This document shows positions 15,878-25,225 of a stretch of 32,000 bases of DNA, piece after piece. The DNA comes from an uncultured Nitrososphaerota archaeon. Its GTDB lineage: Archaea > Korarchaeota > Korarchaeia > Korarchaeales > Korarchaeaceae. The stretch covers positions 25,032-57,031 of the forward strand of contig CAYZRF010000013.1 of the NCBI GenBank assembly GCA_964480775.1, written 5' to 3'. Position numbers and translations under genes: made by a program. Position 1 is the first letter of the stretch. Each line of letters opens with the position of its first letter. Under the pieces are notes generated by a model that worked only from the letters and a program-made list of their open reading frames with translations, had not been told where the DNA came from and made no database searches.

Positions 15878-16993
15878 ATGAAGACCCTTACAAGTGAGGA
15901 GGTTAGGGACCTTATACTAGGTGCGGAGATACTTGGTTGTGGTGGAGGAGGCTCAGTTGAGTTAGCTCTCGAGATATTAAAGCAAGCAGAGGAACAGGGC
16001 CTAAAACTAAGAATAGCTCCATTAAATGAGCTCAATGAGGACTCTTTAGTCTTTATAGTTAGTCGTGTAGGAGGAGGGGTTGAAGAAGACATAAAGAAGA
16101 GGGTTGAGAGATATCCTAAGAAGATAGAAAGGCCAGAGCTTGAGGCTGTGAAAGAGCTTGCTAATTTCTTGGAGAAGGAGCCTGTGGCTATATTAGCTTC
16201 TGAGACAGGGGCCGGCAACATGTTGCTTCCATTATTCGTTGCAGCGTCCTTAGACAAGGTTACTGTTGACGGGGACGCTTGCGGAAGGGCTAAGCCAGAA
16301 ATAGCTATCTCTACAACTCACGTTAAGGGGATACCAATTGCTCCTTTAGCTGCTGTTACTCCATTCGGGGATGTGGTTATCCTCAAAACAGCTCTCAATG
16401 ATTACACTGCAGAAGATATCTGTAGGCAGATTGCAGTAGCATCAGGTGGAACTTGTGGCGTTGCTAGATGTTCTGCAACTCCAAAACAGTTGAAAAGAGG
16501 CATCGTTGAGGGATCAATTAGCAGGTGCATAGAAGTCGGGAGGAATATAAGAGAGGCACTGAAATCAGGAAGGGATCCAATAGAGGCGTTTATAGAAGCT
16601 ACTGGTGGCAAAGAAATCTTCAGAGGCATTGTAAAGTCCTGGGAAAGGGAAGAGAGAAGGGCATTTATGTGGGGCAATGTTGAGATAGAGGGTAGGGGGC
16701 CCTACGACGGACACAGGATGAGAATATTCTTCAAAAATGAGTTCTTGATAAGTTGGCTTGATGAGAGGCCATACGTGACCTGCCCAGATCTAATTTGTGT
16801 AATTGATGTGAAAACTGGAAGAGGGCTTTCTAATTGGGTAGATCTCAAGGCTAACTTGGGAAAAGAAGTTGCAGTTGTAGGCGTTGCATCTGCTGACATA
16901 TGGAGGAGTCCGAAGGGAATAGAGATATTTGGTCCCAAACACTTCGATTTTGACATTGAGTACGTACCCCTAGAAAGGGTTCATCTTGGATAA
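15878..16993 (+). CDS. DUF917 family protein
   Basis: The N-terminal pattern G..ILG.GGGG and the overall two-domain length of about 370 aa fit DUF917 as I remember it. Function unknown. Confidence 0.75.
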   Translation: MKTLTSEEVRDLILGAEILGCGGGGSVELALEILKQAEEQGLKLRIAPLNELNEDSLVFIVSRVGGGVEEDIKKRVERYPKKIERPELEAVKELANFLEKEPVAILASETGAGNMLLPLFVAASLDKVTVDGDACGRAKPEIAISTTHVKGIPIAPLAAVTPFGDVVILKTALNDYTAEDICRQIAVASGGTCGVARCSATPKQLKRGIVEGSISRCIEVGRNIREALKSGRDPIEAFIEATGGKEIFRGIVKSWEREERRAFMWGNVEIEGRGPYDGHRMRIFFKNEFLISWLDERPYVTCPDLICVIDVKTGRGLSNWVDLKANLGKEVAVVGVASADIWRSPKGIEIFGPKHFDFDIEYVPLERVHLG

Positions 16994-17177
16994 TGAGGAA
17001 CACAAAGGACAGGTTGGGGGAAAAGATGAGACTTGCTCCTCAAACAAACATATGAATAGCGCTTCATTAAGCTAAATTTGGGCATCATTTATCGTAACAG
17101 TTTGGTAACAACATTTTTTATGTTAACAAGTAAGGTTTTGGTGATATCCTAATGCACGGGTTAGAAACAACCCAAAA

Positions 17178-17669
17178 ATGTTAAAAATTTCTTCTATTAG
17201 GATCCAAAATCGTTTTCGAAGGTATTTAGAGCTAATTAAGTGCCTCTTGATTATATTTGTGTTAATGCTTTTGTTCTCTGAAGTCTTAGCGATATCAGCC
17301 CAGCCGATAGCTTTTGGGGAATTTGAAGTTGGATCTAAGCTTATATATAGGCTCTCTGGGGTTTACGTTGGCAACAAGACGTATGAATTTTTGGCCCTTG
17401 AGAACCAGCAAGGAAAGACCTGCATTCGAGTCAGGGTTAAATTGGATGTAAGAACACAAGGCGGCCTTCTTTCGGAGGGAACCTCGTACGTAAGTGAGTT
17501 CTGTTATGACGAGAAGGGTAGACCAGTTAGTCAGAGGATGGAAGTACCTCCCGAGATAAACTCTTCAATAAGAGAAGTCGAAGTTATCTACCAGTGGGGA
17601 GAAGGATACTTTCCGAATAAAAGCGATCATTGCACTTCACAGAGAGGGAAACATCACAGAAGTCTATGA
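17178..17669 (+). CDS. Hypothetical secreted/membrane protein, probably the N-terminal part of a split gene
   Basis: N-terminal signal/anchor LIKCLLIIFVLMLLFSEVLAISAQP. The tail after about 17598 (GYFPNKSDHCTSQRGKHHRSL) looks non-native, while the +1 frame is open from 17572. Confidence 0.5.
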   Translation: MLKISSIRIQNRFRRYLELIKCLLIIFVLMLLFSEVLAISAQPIAFGEFEVGSKLIYRLSGVYVGNKTYEFLALENQQGKTCIRVRVKLDVRTQGGLLSEGTSYVSEFCYDEKGRPVSQRMEVPPEINSSIREVEVIYQWGEGYFPNKSDHCTSQRGKHHRSL

Positions 17670-17676
17670 ACTTGAC

Positions 17677-18159
17677 ATGATCAAGGGCCGAGGGATTCAA
17701 ATAATTGAGAATGAAAAGGTTGAATTCTCATTTTCACTGGATAACCTATCGCAAATCCTACCGTTTGTTCCAGAGGCTTTAGTTACGCCTCATATTGACT
17801 TATCTTCTCTAGAGCTTAGAAAGGGATTTGAGGAGATATTGGGGAAGGGAGTTAGGGGAATCACCCTTAAGGTAATGGGATCCGACTACATAGAGCCCCC
17901 TGCAGGTAAGTTCGAATGTTACATTGTGCTGTTAAAGGGTGTTGATGAATACGGGGTTCCATACAACTCAACACTATACATAACGAAGGCCAGACCTAGG
18001 TTTACCGTGATGTATGAGACGAACTCCATAGGAGTAAAGCAGTACGGTTGGCTAGTTGAGTACTACACGCCAAGGAAGATCTCAACAAAACTTCTCTTAG
18101 TTCTGCTCATATTATTGATCATCCTAGTTGTGTTAGTCATCAAGAAATACAGGCGATAG
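17677..18159 (+). CDS. Hypothetical C-terminally anchored protein, probably the C-terminal part of the same split gene
   Basis: It has no signal peptide and no SD. The ATG lies 7 nt after the preceding stop. It ends in a TM anchor plus basic tail: LLLVLLILLIILVVLVIKKYRR. Confidence 0.5.
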   Translation: MIKGRGIQIIENEKVEFSFSLDNLSQILPFVPEALVTPHIDLSSLELRKGFEEILGKGVRGITLKVMGSDYIEPPAGKFECYIVLLKGVDEYGVPYNSTLYITKARPRFTVMYETNSIGVKQYGWLVEYYTPRKISTKLLLVLLILLIILVVLVIKKYRR

Positions 18160-18175
18160 TATTCTGGCGGAAGTT

Positions 18176-19243
18176 TCAGAGCTTTAGTTCTTCCTCAACC
18201 TCCCACTCTTCAGATGAAGATATCTCTAACAAAGGTGTCTTTACCGGCTTCTCAGGTATTATTCCCTCTGGCCTTACCATGAGCATGAAGATCATGATTA
18301 ACCCTGTTATTACGTACTTCACGTAGGTTATGTCAAACTCAACCCTGAATCCTATTGTGCTCAAGAACGATGGAGAAAGGAAGTGATCAATCATGGTCAT
18401 GACCAAGGTACCGAGCAGCACTCCTAAGTTGTTGGCAACTCCCCCCAATATCATCATGCTAAGCACAGTGAAAGTTATCAGGGGTATGAAGTCGTCTGCC
18501 ACGACTCCTTGGATGTAGAATGTCCTGAGAACCCCGGCTATTGCAGCGAGAGCACTTCCTATGACCATAACGGCTTCCCTTGCCCTAGGTATCCTCTTAC
18601 CAAGCACCTTTGCCGCAAGATCATCGTCTCTCATGGCCTTCAAGAGCCTGCCAAAGGGTGATTGACTGAGCTTTTGAACGTAGATGAACGTCGCTGCGGC
18701 CATGCTTAAGACCACAATTGTGTACAATATGCTCCTTAAATTAACGTTGTCGATCCAGCAAAACGGATTTGCTATTCCCGTTAGACCAGTAAGCCCGCAT
18801 GCCAGCCCCTTTTCGTTCCTTGCAATGATCCTCCCTATTTCTCCTATGAATATCAGAGTAATTGCCAAGAAGCTTTCTTTAAGCCTAAAACCCGGATATG
18901 AACCTATATACCCGAAGACTCCTCCCACTATCGCTCCTATAACGAGGGAGAGTATGAACAAAGCTATTGAAAGCCCGGGATGCTGTGATGCATATGCTGT
19001 TCTAACTGAAGCAGCTTGTCCAGAGCAGAAATCGACTGTCGACCCAGATAACTTGTATAGGATACGTGCTGTTAGGTTCCCAGATACGTACGCCCCAACA
19101 GACATGAAGAAAACGTGCCCAAAGTTTGGAATCCCGCTGTATCCGTACTCTAGGTTCAGGCTAAGTGCCATTATAAGGTAAATGGCGAATAATACCAGAA
19201 AAGAGGTTATTAATGGAGTATAGCCCCCTATTGCCTCAAACAT
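18176..19243 (-). CDS. livM: Branched-chain amino acid ABC transporter permease (LivM type)
   Basis: Polytopic, with NLEYGYSGIPNFGHVFFMSVGAY typical of the LivM/LivH family. ATG 19243 (MFEAIGG) is preceded by GAGGTGA 6 nt upstream and overlaps the livH stop by 8 nt. Confidence 0.85.
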   Translation of the reverse strand: MFEAIGGYTPLITSFLVLFAIYLIMALSLNLEYGYSGIPNFGHVFFMSVGAYVSGNLTARILYKLSGSTVDFCSGQAASVRTAYASQHPGLSIALFILSLVIGAIVGGVFGYIGSYPGFRLKESFLAITLIFIGEIGRIIARNEKGLACGLTGLTGIANPFCWIDNVNLRSILYTIVVLSMAAATFIYVQKLSQSPFGRLLKAMRDDDLAAKVLGKRIPRAREAVMVIGSALAAIAGVLRTFYIQGVVADDFIPLITFTVLSMMILGGVANNLGVLLGTLVMTMIDHFLSPSFLSTIGFRVEFDITYVKYVITGLIMIFMLMVRPEGIIPEKPVKTPLLEISSSEEWEVEEELKL

Positions 19244-20186
19244 TTCGTTCACCTCTTCCCATCTTCTCTTTAATCCACCCAATCACGTCAATTCCAGCCA
19301 CTCCGCTAGGTCTGAAGAGGAACACGAGTACTATGACAACGAAGGATATCAGCGGCCTATAAGCAGTGCTAACGTTGAAATACTCGTTCATAATAGAGAT
19401 CCCAATGTTTTCAGCTAGACCTATGGTAATACCTCCTACTATGGTACCCCAAAAGCTTACGAAGCCCCCTATTATGGAAGAAGCGAAAACCCTTAGGAGG
19501 GCTTCCCACCCTGTTTGAGGAGTGACTATTGAGTAAACGGCCCAAAGACCTCCAGCAACTACCCACATGAGCCTCCTCAACACATAGACCCTAATGCCAG
19601 AGACCCTAGCCAAGTCCTCGTTATCCGCCATAGCCCTAAGGGCCTTTCCTGGCTTTGTGTGATGGAACATCAAGTGGAGTAGGGCTACACTCATGGCAGT
19701 TATCGGAAAAACCCAAAGGTGTACGGTTGTAAGAGCAGCCCTTCCAATCCTTGCTATGATCTCGACACTAGTCCTTGCTTGTATCGTGATCACTCCCCTT
19801 AGGTCAGCGTAAATGAACATAAGGTACCTAACCACTAGACCAGCCCCTATGCTGGCCACAAGTAGAAAAAGCGGTCTTGAGCCCTTCTTTATCAGGGGTT
19901 TGTAGACAAGCTCATCTATAGCTACAGCCAAGAGGGCAGACGCGATAAAGGCCAGAACTAGGGAGATCGGAAGATTAATACCTCTATTAACGCTTAAAGC
20001 TGTTATGTAGCCTCCCAGCGTGACAAGCTCCCCATGGGCAAAATTGGATATTTTAGTGACCGAGTAACTCATGGTTAGGCCTAGGGTCATCAAGGTGTAC
20101 ATGCATCCTAGAGTTAGAGAGTTCATCAAGGGAACAGATAGTCCAATGTCATGCCCTCCCCAAGAAAGCTTCGATGAACTTCTCAT
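19236..20186 (-). CDS. livH: Branched-chain amino acid ABC transporter permease (LivH type)
   Basis: Polytopic, with the SNFAHGE motif. The true start is probably internal (for example ATG 20126, MNSLTLG), because the longest ORF overlaps the livF remnant. Confidence 0.85.
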   Translation of the reverse strand: MRSSSKLSWGGHDIGLSVPLMNSLTLGCMYTLMTLGLTMSYSVTKISNFAHGELVTLGGYITALSVNRGINLPISLVLAFIASALLAVAIDELVYKPLIKKGSRPLFLLVASIGAGLVVRYLMFIYADLRGVITIQARTSVEIIARIGRAALTTVHLWVFPITAMSVALLHLMFHHTKPGKALRAMADNEDLARVSGIRVYVLRRLMWVVAGGLWAVYSIVTPQTGWEALLRVFASSIIGGFVSFWGTIVGGITIGLAENIGISIMNEYFNVSTAYRPLISFVVIVLVFLFRPSGVAGIDVIGWIKEKMGRGERNV

Positions 20187-20385
20187 CCGATAGAAGCTCT
20201 GAGCCAGGTCCTTTCATCACTACCCTTCCGCTTGACATCACATACCCCATGTCACACAAGCTCAAAGCCCTTCTAGCATGTTGTTCGACCAACAGCACAG
20301 TTATACCAGAGTTGACTATAGCGCGCGAACTGTTAGCATACTTAACCAGAAGGTGTGCTCTAATTGAGAAAAACGTTAGGATCAT
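20149..20385 (-). pseudogene. livF: C-terminal fragment of a LivF-type ABC ATPase
   Basis: Only the last 60 aa or so are recognisable (GITVLLVEQHARRALSLCDMGYVMSSGRVVMKGPGSELLSDEKFIEAFLG). Walker A, Q-loop, signature and Walker B are all absent. Upstream sequence runs directly into the promoter of the divergent KamA-like gene. Confidence 0.65.
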
Positions 20386-20513
20386 TAACAGTCACGTTGG
20401 ATTATGGAGAGCGCTTTATGGAAACTTTCCAAACCAAGATATGGTAAAAAATTTTAACAAACAGTTGCTAGCTACCCAAAAAAGTTTAAATCTTTAACAC
20501 GCAGGAATTCCGC

Positions 20514-22394
20514 GTGGTCGAAGTGTCCACGGTCTTAATGACGCAAGTTGAGACCGAAATCTTAAATCCGCTCTCAAAATCTAGTTTAAATCTGGAAGCA
20601 GAACTTTGGAAAGAGTGTCCTGAAGTTTACGAAATATTGAGGACAAGCAAATCCCTTGAAAAAGCTAGGAAGAGCCTATACGAGTTTTTAAACGAGCTAG
20701 AGTGGAGACATAGGTCAAATGAGGTAGAAACACATCTACTTGTGCAGTCAATAGCCTTTGAGGCCATTAGGACTTTTAAAAACTTAATTTCAAAGAGAAA
20801 TGAGATTTTATCGGGAATTAGCTCTCTAGAGTATTTGTGGCGCTTAGCAAGAGGAGAAAATGAGGTTATTGAGAAGGTTGACGAGGGATTTGTGCTTGAG
20901 TTTAAGCATCTTTTCAAGGCCATAACGGGAAGACCCTCGATATACCCTTCCTTCTTGGCTAAAGGAATAGAATACTTTGACTTCAGTAAGATAAAGGGAA
21001 GAGAAGCAGGAAGGGCAAGATCCGACTACTTAGACAAGCTTGGAAGCAGGATAGACAGGTGGCTGAAAAGGTATCCAAGCGGTCTTGATCCAGAGACCAT
21101 TGAGAAAAGAAAGCAGAACAGGAAAAGAATACTTGATTTCTTTGGAGCTTCGCTAGGGGATTGGCAAGACTATAGGTGGCACTACAAGCACATCTTCAAG
21201 GGAGAGAATGCCCTTGAGAAGCTTGAAAAGCTGATAATGCTTACAGAGGAGGAGAAGAAAGCCATTAAGATGGCGACCGAATACCAAATTCCCTTCGGAA
21301 TAACTCCCTATTATCTGCACCTCATGGACTACGAGCCTCACAGGAAGTACGATGCTGCAGTTAGAGCACAAGTTATCTCACCAATTCATTACGTTGAGAA
21401 CATGGCGAAACACAGGCAGGACAGGGAGTACGCAATGGACTTCATGGGAGAGCATGATACTTCTCCTATAGACCTCGTGACAAGGAGGTATCCAAAAGTA
21501 GCCATAATAAAGCCATATGACTCATGTCCGCAAATTTGCGTGTACTGCCAGAGGAATTGGGAGATAACTGGTCCGTTAGAGCCTGGTGCAATGCCTTCGA
21601 GGGAAGTTTTGGAGGCTGCCCTTGACTGGTATGCTGAACATCCACAGATCATGGATGTTTTGATAACTGGAGGGGAGCCCCTTGTTTTGAGCGATCAAAT
21701 GCTTGAGAGAATACTTGAAAGATTTGCAGAGATGGAACACATAACTAGCATAAGGATAGCTTCTAGGATAGTTGTCACTTTACCGTTTAGGGTTACAGAC
21801 GAGACGGCTGAGATGCTAGGATCATTTTACGAAGAAGGGAGGCGCTTTATCTACTACGTAACCCACGTTGAATCAGCTTACGAGATAACGCCTGAGCTTG
21901 TTGAAGCGGTGAAAAAGCTTAGGAAGCAAGGGATTTACGTTTACAACCAGCAGGTTTTCACGCAGTGGAACAGCAGGAGGTTTGAGACGGTGGCCCTTAG
22001 GATAGCCCTAAAGAAGGCAGGGATAGACCCCTACTACTGCTTCTATCCAAAAGGGAAGTGGGAGCACAAGGACTACATAGTACCAGTGGCAAGGATCATA
22101 CAGGAGAGGAAGGAGGAGGCAAGGCTCCTTCCAGGAATATATCGAACAGAAGAGCCAGTTTTCAATGTCCCAAGACTGGGCAAGAACCACCTGAGGTCCT
22201 GGCAGGATCATGAACTCATAATGATAAGGCCCGACGGCAGGAGAGTTTACCTATGGCATCCATGGGAGAAGAACATAGCTTTAGTAAACCCGTACATATA
22301 CACCGACATAGTTTCGATAAAGATGTACCTAGACAACCTAAAGAAGAGAGGAGAGAACCCAGAAGATTACCAATCCATCTGGTATTACTACTAG
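20514..22394 (+). CDS. KamA-family radical SAM protein (lysine 2,3-aminomutase-like), long form
   Basis: CxxxCxxC (CPQICVYC) at residues 338-345, followed by ITGGEPLVLSD and the KamA-type barrel. The N-terminal extension is about 210 aa. The start is either GTG 20514 or ATG 20538. GTTTAAAT lies about 25 nt upstream of 20514. Confidence 0.85.
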   Translation: MVEVSTVLMTQVETEILNPLSKSSLNLEAELWKECPEVYEILRTSKSLEKARKSLYEFLNELEWRHRSNEVETHLLVQSIAFEAIRTFKNLISKRNEILSGISSLEYLWRLARGENEVIEKVDEGFVLEFKHLFKAITGRPSIYPSFLAKGIEYFDFSKIKGREAGRARSDYLDKLGSRIDRWLKRYPSGLDPETIEKRKQNRKRILDFFGASLGDWQDYRWHYKHIFKGENALEKLEKLIMLTEEEKKAIKMATEYQIPFGITPYYLHLMDYEPHRKYDAAVRAQVISPIHYVENMAKHRQDREYAMDFMGEHDTSPIDLVTRRYPKVAIIKPYDSCPQICVYCQRNWEITGPLEPGAMPSREVLEAALDWYAEHPQIMDVLITGGEPLVLSDQMLERILERFAEMEHITSIRIASRIVVTLPFRVTDETAEMLGSFYEEGRRFIYYVTHVESAYEITPELVEAVKKLRKQGIYVYNQQVFTQWNSRRFETVALRIALKKAGIDPYYCFYPKGKWEHKDYIVPVARIIQERKEEARLLPGIYRTEEPVFNVPRLGKNHLRSWQDHELIMIRPDGRRVYLWHPWEKNIALVNPYIYTDIVSIKMYLDNLKKRGENPEDYQSIWYYY

Positions 22395-22571
22395 GCTGAT
22401 ATCTATAGCTAAAGCTAATTAGATAAGATTTGACTAGAAATAGCATTTCTTCCGTTCAATCCTTATTTGCTTGACAAACATCGTTCATTAATCCTTTTCC
22501 ACAACTTTTCCCGACTCAAAGCCGTTTTCAAAATTTTTTAGAAAAAAGGAGGATGAAAGCAGGGGAGCCTG

Positions 22572-24209
22572 TTGACGTACGACATAGTGATAAAGGAGGG
22601 CCTTATTGTTGATGGGTCTGGGAGGCCTGGCTTCAAAGCCGATTTGGCCGTGAAAGGAGGGAGAATAGCAAAGATAGATGAAGTAATAGACGTTGAAGCT
22701 GATAGAATTATCAATGCAGAAGGGCTTGCTGTTTGTCCTGGCTTCATCGACATCCATACTCACTCTGATTTCGTTCTTTTGGTGAATCCGAAGGCTGAAA
22801 GCAAAGTCAGACAAGGTGTTACAACTGAAGTAGTTGGAAACTGTGGAGGTTCTGCAGCCCCAGCAAGGGGAGCTGCACTTGAAAGGGCAAAGAGGATCAT
22901 GAGCGGATATGGTATAGATGGGGTGGAGTGGACATCGTTCTCGGATTACCTTAACCTTTTAGAGAGGAAAGGCATAGCGATAAACGTAGTTGCATTAGTA
23001 GGACATGGAACTGTTAGACAGTGCGTCTTAGGCATGGAGAATAGGCCTCCAACAGAGAGAGAACTTCAAGAGATGAAGTCCTTGGTCGCAGAGGCAATGG
23101 AAGCAGGCGCTTTTGGCATGTCATCAGGCCTTGTCTATCCTCCTGGCCGCTATGCGAGTACTGAGGAGCTTATAGAGCTCTGCAAAGTTGTTGCCTCATA
23201 CGGCGGGATTTATGCTTCACACATCAGAGGAGAAAGGGAAACTATAGTGGAAGCGGTAAAAGAGGCTATTGAGATTGGAAGGAGATCAGGAGTTTCTGTC
23301 CAGATATCTCATCATCCCGCCAAGATCGGTGGTTGGGGAAAGTCCAAGGAGACTTTGAGACTCATCGAGGAAGCAAGGGAGGAAGGAATTGATGTAAACT
23401 GCGACATGCATCCATATATAGCAGGAAGTACTGGACTAAGCGCTCTCCTTCCTCCGTGGGTTCAGGAAGAAGGACCTGAGAAAATCGTTCAGAGGTTAAA
23501 AAACGAGGAACTTAGAAAGAAGATAAGGCAAGACATGATAGAGGAGAAGATACCTGGGCCAGGGCCCTGTGGCCTTGTCAAAAGAGATATGTGGGACAAG
23601 CTTATGTTGGCCGACTGCGAGAAAAACAAGGACTTGATTGGCCTCGATTTTGAGGAAATAGCCAGAAGGAGGGGAAAAGATCCATTCGAAGCCTATTTCG
23701 ATCTTCTTGTTGAGGAAGAGGCACGTGGAATGGTGGTAGGATTTTACTACAACGAGGAGGATATAAGAAGAGTTCTTTTACATCCCACATCGATGATAGG
23801 ATCCGATGGATATGCTCTAGCTCCATATGGTCCTTTAGGAAAGGGAAAGATGCACCCAAGAAGCTATGGCACTTTTCCAATGGTTTTCAGAAAGTATGTC
23901 AGAGGAGAGAGTAGAAAAGAGCTCATTTATGATGAAGGAGCTAAGCTCTTAACGTTGGAGGAAGCAGTGATGAAAATGACTTCAGTTACAGCCAAAAAAC
24001 TTGGTCTTAAGGATAGAGGGTTGCTTAAGGAGGGCATGCGAGCAGACATCGTTATTCTTGATCCCAAAAGAGTGGTAGATAGGGCCACTTACTTGGACCC
24101 ATATCAGTATCCAGAGGGTATAGAATACGTTATTGTGAACGGAGAACTTGTTATAGATGAGAGAGAGCACACTGGATCCCTTCCAGGAATGGTTCTAAGG
24201 CATAAATAG
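22572..24209 (+). CDS. N-acyl-D-amino-acid deacylase (D-aminoacylase) family amidohydrolase
   Basis: The N-terminus YD.VI..G.IVDG.G......D.A...G.I..I...........I.A.G..V.PGFIDIHTHSD matches the D-aminoacylase pattern, and at 545 aa the length fits. TTG start. Confidence 0.8.
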   Translation: MTYDIVIKEGLIVDGSGRPGFKADLAVKGGRIAKIDEVIDVEADRIINAEGLAVCPGFIDIHTHSDFVLLVNPKAESKVRQGVTTEVVGNCGGSAAPARGAALERAKRIMSGYGIDGVEWTSFSDYLNLLERKGIAINVVALVGHGTVRQCVLGMENRPPTERELQEMKSLVAEAMEAGAFGMSSGLVYPPGRYASTEELIELCKVVASYGGIYASHIRGERETIVEAVKEAIEIGRRSGVSVQISHHPAKIGGWGKSKETLRLIEEAREEGIDVNCDMHPYIAGSTGLSALLPPWVQEEGPEKIVQRLKNEELRKKIRQDMIEEKIPGPGPCGLVKRDMWDKLMLADCEKNKDLIGLDFEEIARRRGKDPFEAYFDLLVEEEARGMVVGFYYNEEDIRRVLLHPTSMIGSDGYALAPYGPLGKGKMHPRSYGTFPMVFRKYVRGESRKELIYDEGAKLLTLEEAVMKMTSVTAKKLGLKDRGLLKEGMRADIVILDPKRVVDRATYLDPYQYPEGIEYVIVNGELVIDEREHTGSLPGMVLRHK

Positions 24210-24308
24210 TATGCCAAAAACTTGAAAATTGGAAGGGTTGAGAAAACAGCGTCTATCAATTTCTTTTTTACTCTAAATGTTAAAAGCAATTGGGAAGCAA
24301 GAAGCGCA

Positions 24309-25142
24309 ATGAATTGGAAAGTAGGTTTCTGCCAAGGTGCTCTTCGCTCTTTAGACTTAGAAAAGGGTGCAAGGCTGCTACCAAGTATGGGGTGCGATGC
24401 CATTGAGCTCTGGTCCTTTCATCCAACTGTAATGCCTTATGTGATTGGAAAAAAGGATCCATCAGAGATATCCAGCATAATGAAGAGATACAACTTGAGC
24501 TACTCCGTTCATGCCCCTTTCCACGACCTTAACATAGCTGGATTGAACGACAGGATAAGGAAAGAATTTTTGTTAGAAACTCTTGAAGCGCTTCATCTAG
24601 CCGCTAACATCGATGCAGAACTCCTCGTCTTGCACCCTGGAAAGAGGACTACAATTGAGGTTCCTGATGAGGTCTATTTGGAGAGATCTATCGAAGCTGT
24701 TAAGAAGGTATGCCAGAGGGCTGAAGAACTCGGATTAAAAATGAGAATAGGCTTAGAGAACATGGATTCTAAGCGAACTCACTTTGCTAATACGCCTAAA
24801 TGTCTCCTTTCTATTTTGGAGGGAGTAAATTCCCCAAATCTAGGCATAACATTTGACGTCGCTCATGCCAACACCTGCATGGATCCAGTTGAGTTCCTCA
24901 AACAAGTTGCAGACAAGGTCGTCCACGTGCACCTTTCTGATAACACCGGTCCCACATCATCCTCTTTTCACATGCCGCTAGGGACGGGAAATGTGAATCT
25001 GGTTGATGTTTTCAAGGAACTTACAAATGGTGGATATGAGGGTATGCTCATAGTAGAAGGAGGCGGAGAAAACCCTAAAGAGTTCATAAAGCGATCCTTA
25101 AAAGTTATTAGAAGTGCTATAAAGGAAGCTGGCCTAACATAA
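24309..25142 (+). CDS. Sugar phosphate isomerase/epimerase (xylose isomerase-like TIM barrel)
   Basis: Carries LVLHPG, GLENM, FDVAHA and VHLSDN, the metal-ligand pattern of the AP-endonuclease-2/xylose isomerase-like fold. The start is set at ATG 24309, with TAAATGTTAAAAG centred about 28 nt upstream. The ORF-track TTG at 24222 adds an implausible N-terminus. Confidence 0.75.
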   Translation: MNWKVGFCQGALRSLDLEKGARLLPSMGCDAIELWSFHPTVMPYVIGKKDPSEISSIMKRYNLSYSVHAPFHDLNIAGLNDRIRKEFLLETLEALHLAANIDAELLVLHPGKRTTIEVPDEVYLERSIEAVKKVCQRAEELGLKMRIGLENMDSKRTHFANTPKCLLSILEGVNSPNLGITFDVAHANTCMDPVEFLKQVADKVVHVHLSDNTGPTSSSFHMPLGTGNVNLVDVFKELTNGGYEGMLIVEGGGENPKEFIKRSLKVIRSAIKEAGLT

Positions 25143-25225
25143 CATTCAAAAAGAGGAAATTGCCTCGATGAATTCAATCTAACATCATTTTTAAGGAAAA
25201 CTCTTCTTAACTTCTCAGGATCTCC

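Noticed and set aside
15271-16257. ORFs at 15271-15582 (+) and 15727-16257 (-) around the copA remnant and the DUF917 start
   Set aside because: The first is antisense to recognisable P-type ATPase sequence. The second is antisense to the DUF917 gene and is S-rich and low in complexity. Neither has start-site signals.
16994-17177. Possible ncRNA in the 184-nt gap after the DUF917 gene
   Set aside because: The region is AT-rich with only short 5-bp stems (for example GGGTT-N6-AACCC at 17158-17173). There is no tRNA-like T-loop or acceptor pattern and no C/D boxes. It is more likely promoter DNA.
18684-19181. 165-aa plus-strand ORF inside livM
   Set aside because: It is a shadow ORF antisense to a well-supported permease gene.
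20174-20497. 107-aa plus-strand ORF covering the livF remnant and the KamA promoter region
   Set aside because: It overlaps recognisable (antisense) LivF C-terminal coding sequence and the AT-rich promoter. I see no motif and no start signal. I cannot fully exclude a small gene.
22488-22814. Minus-strand ORFs (108 and 71 aa) overlapping the start of the D-aminoacylase gene
   Set aside because: They are antisense to the conserved PGFIDIHTHSD N-terminal region of the amidohydrolase.
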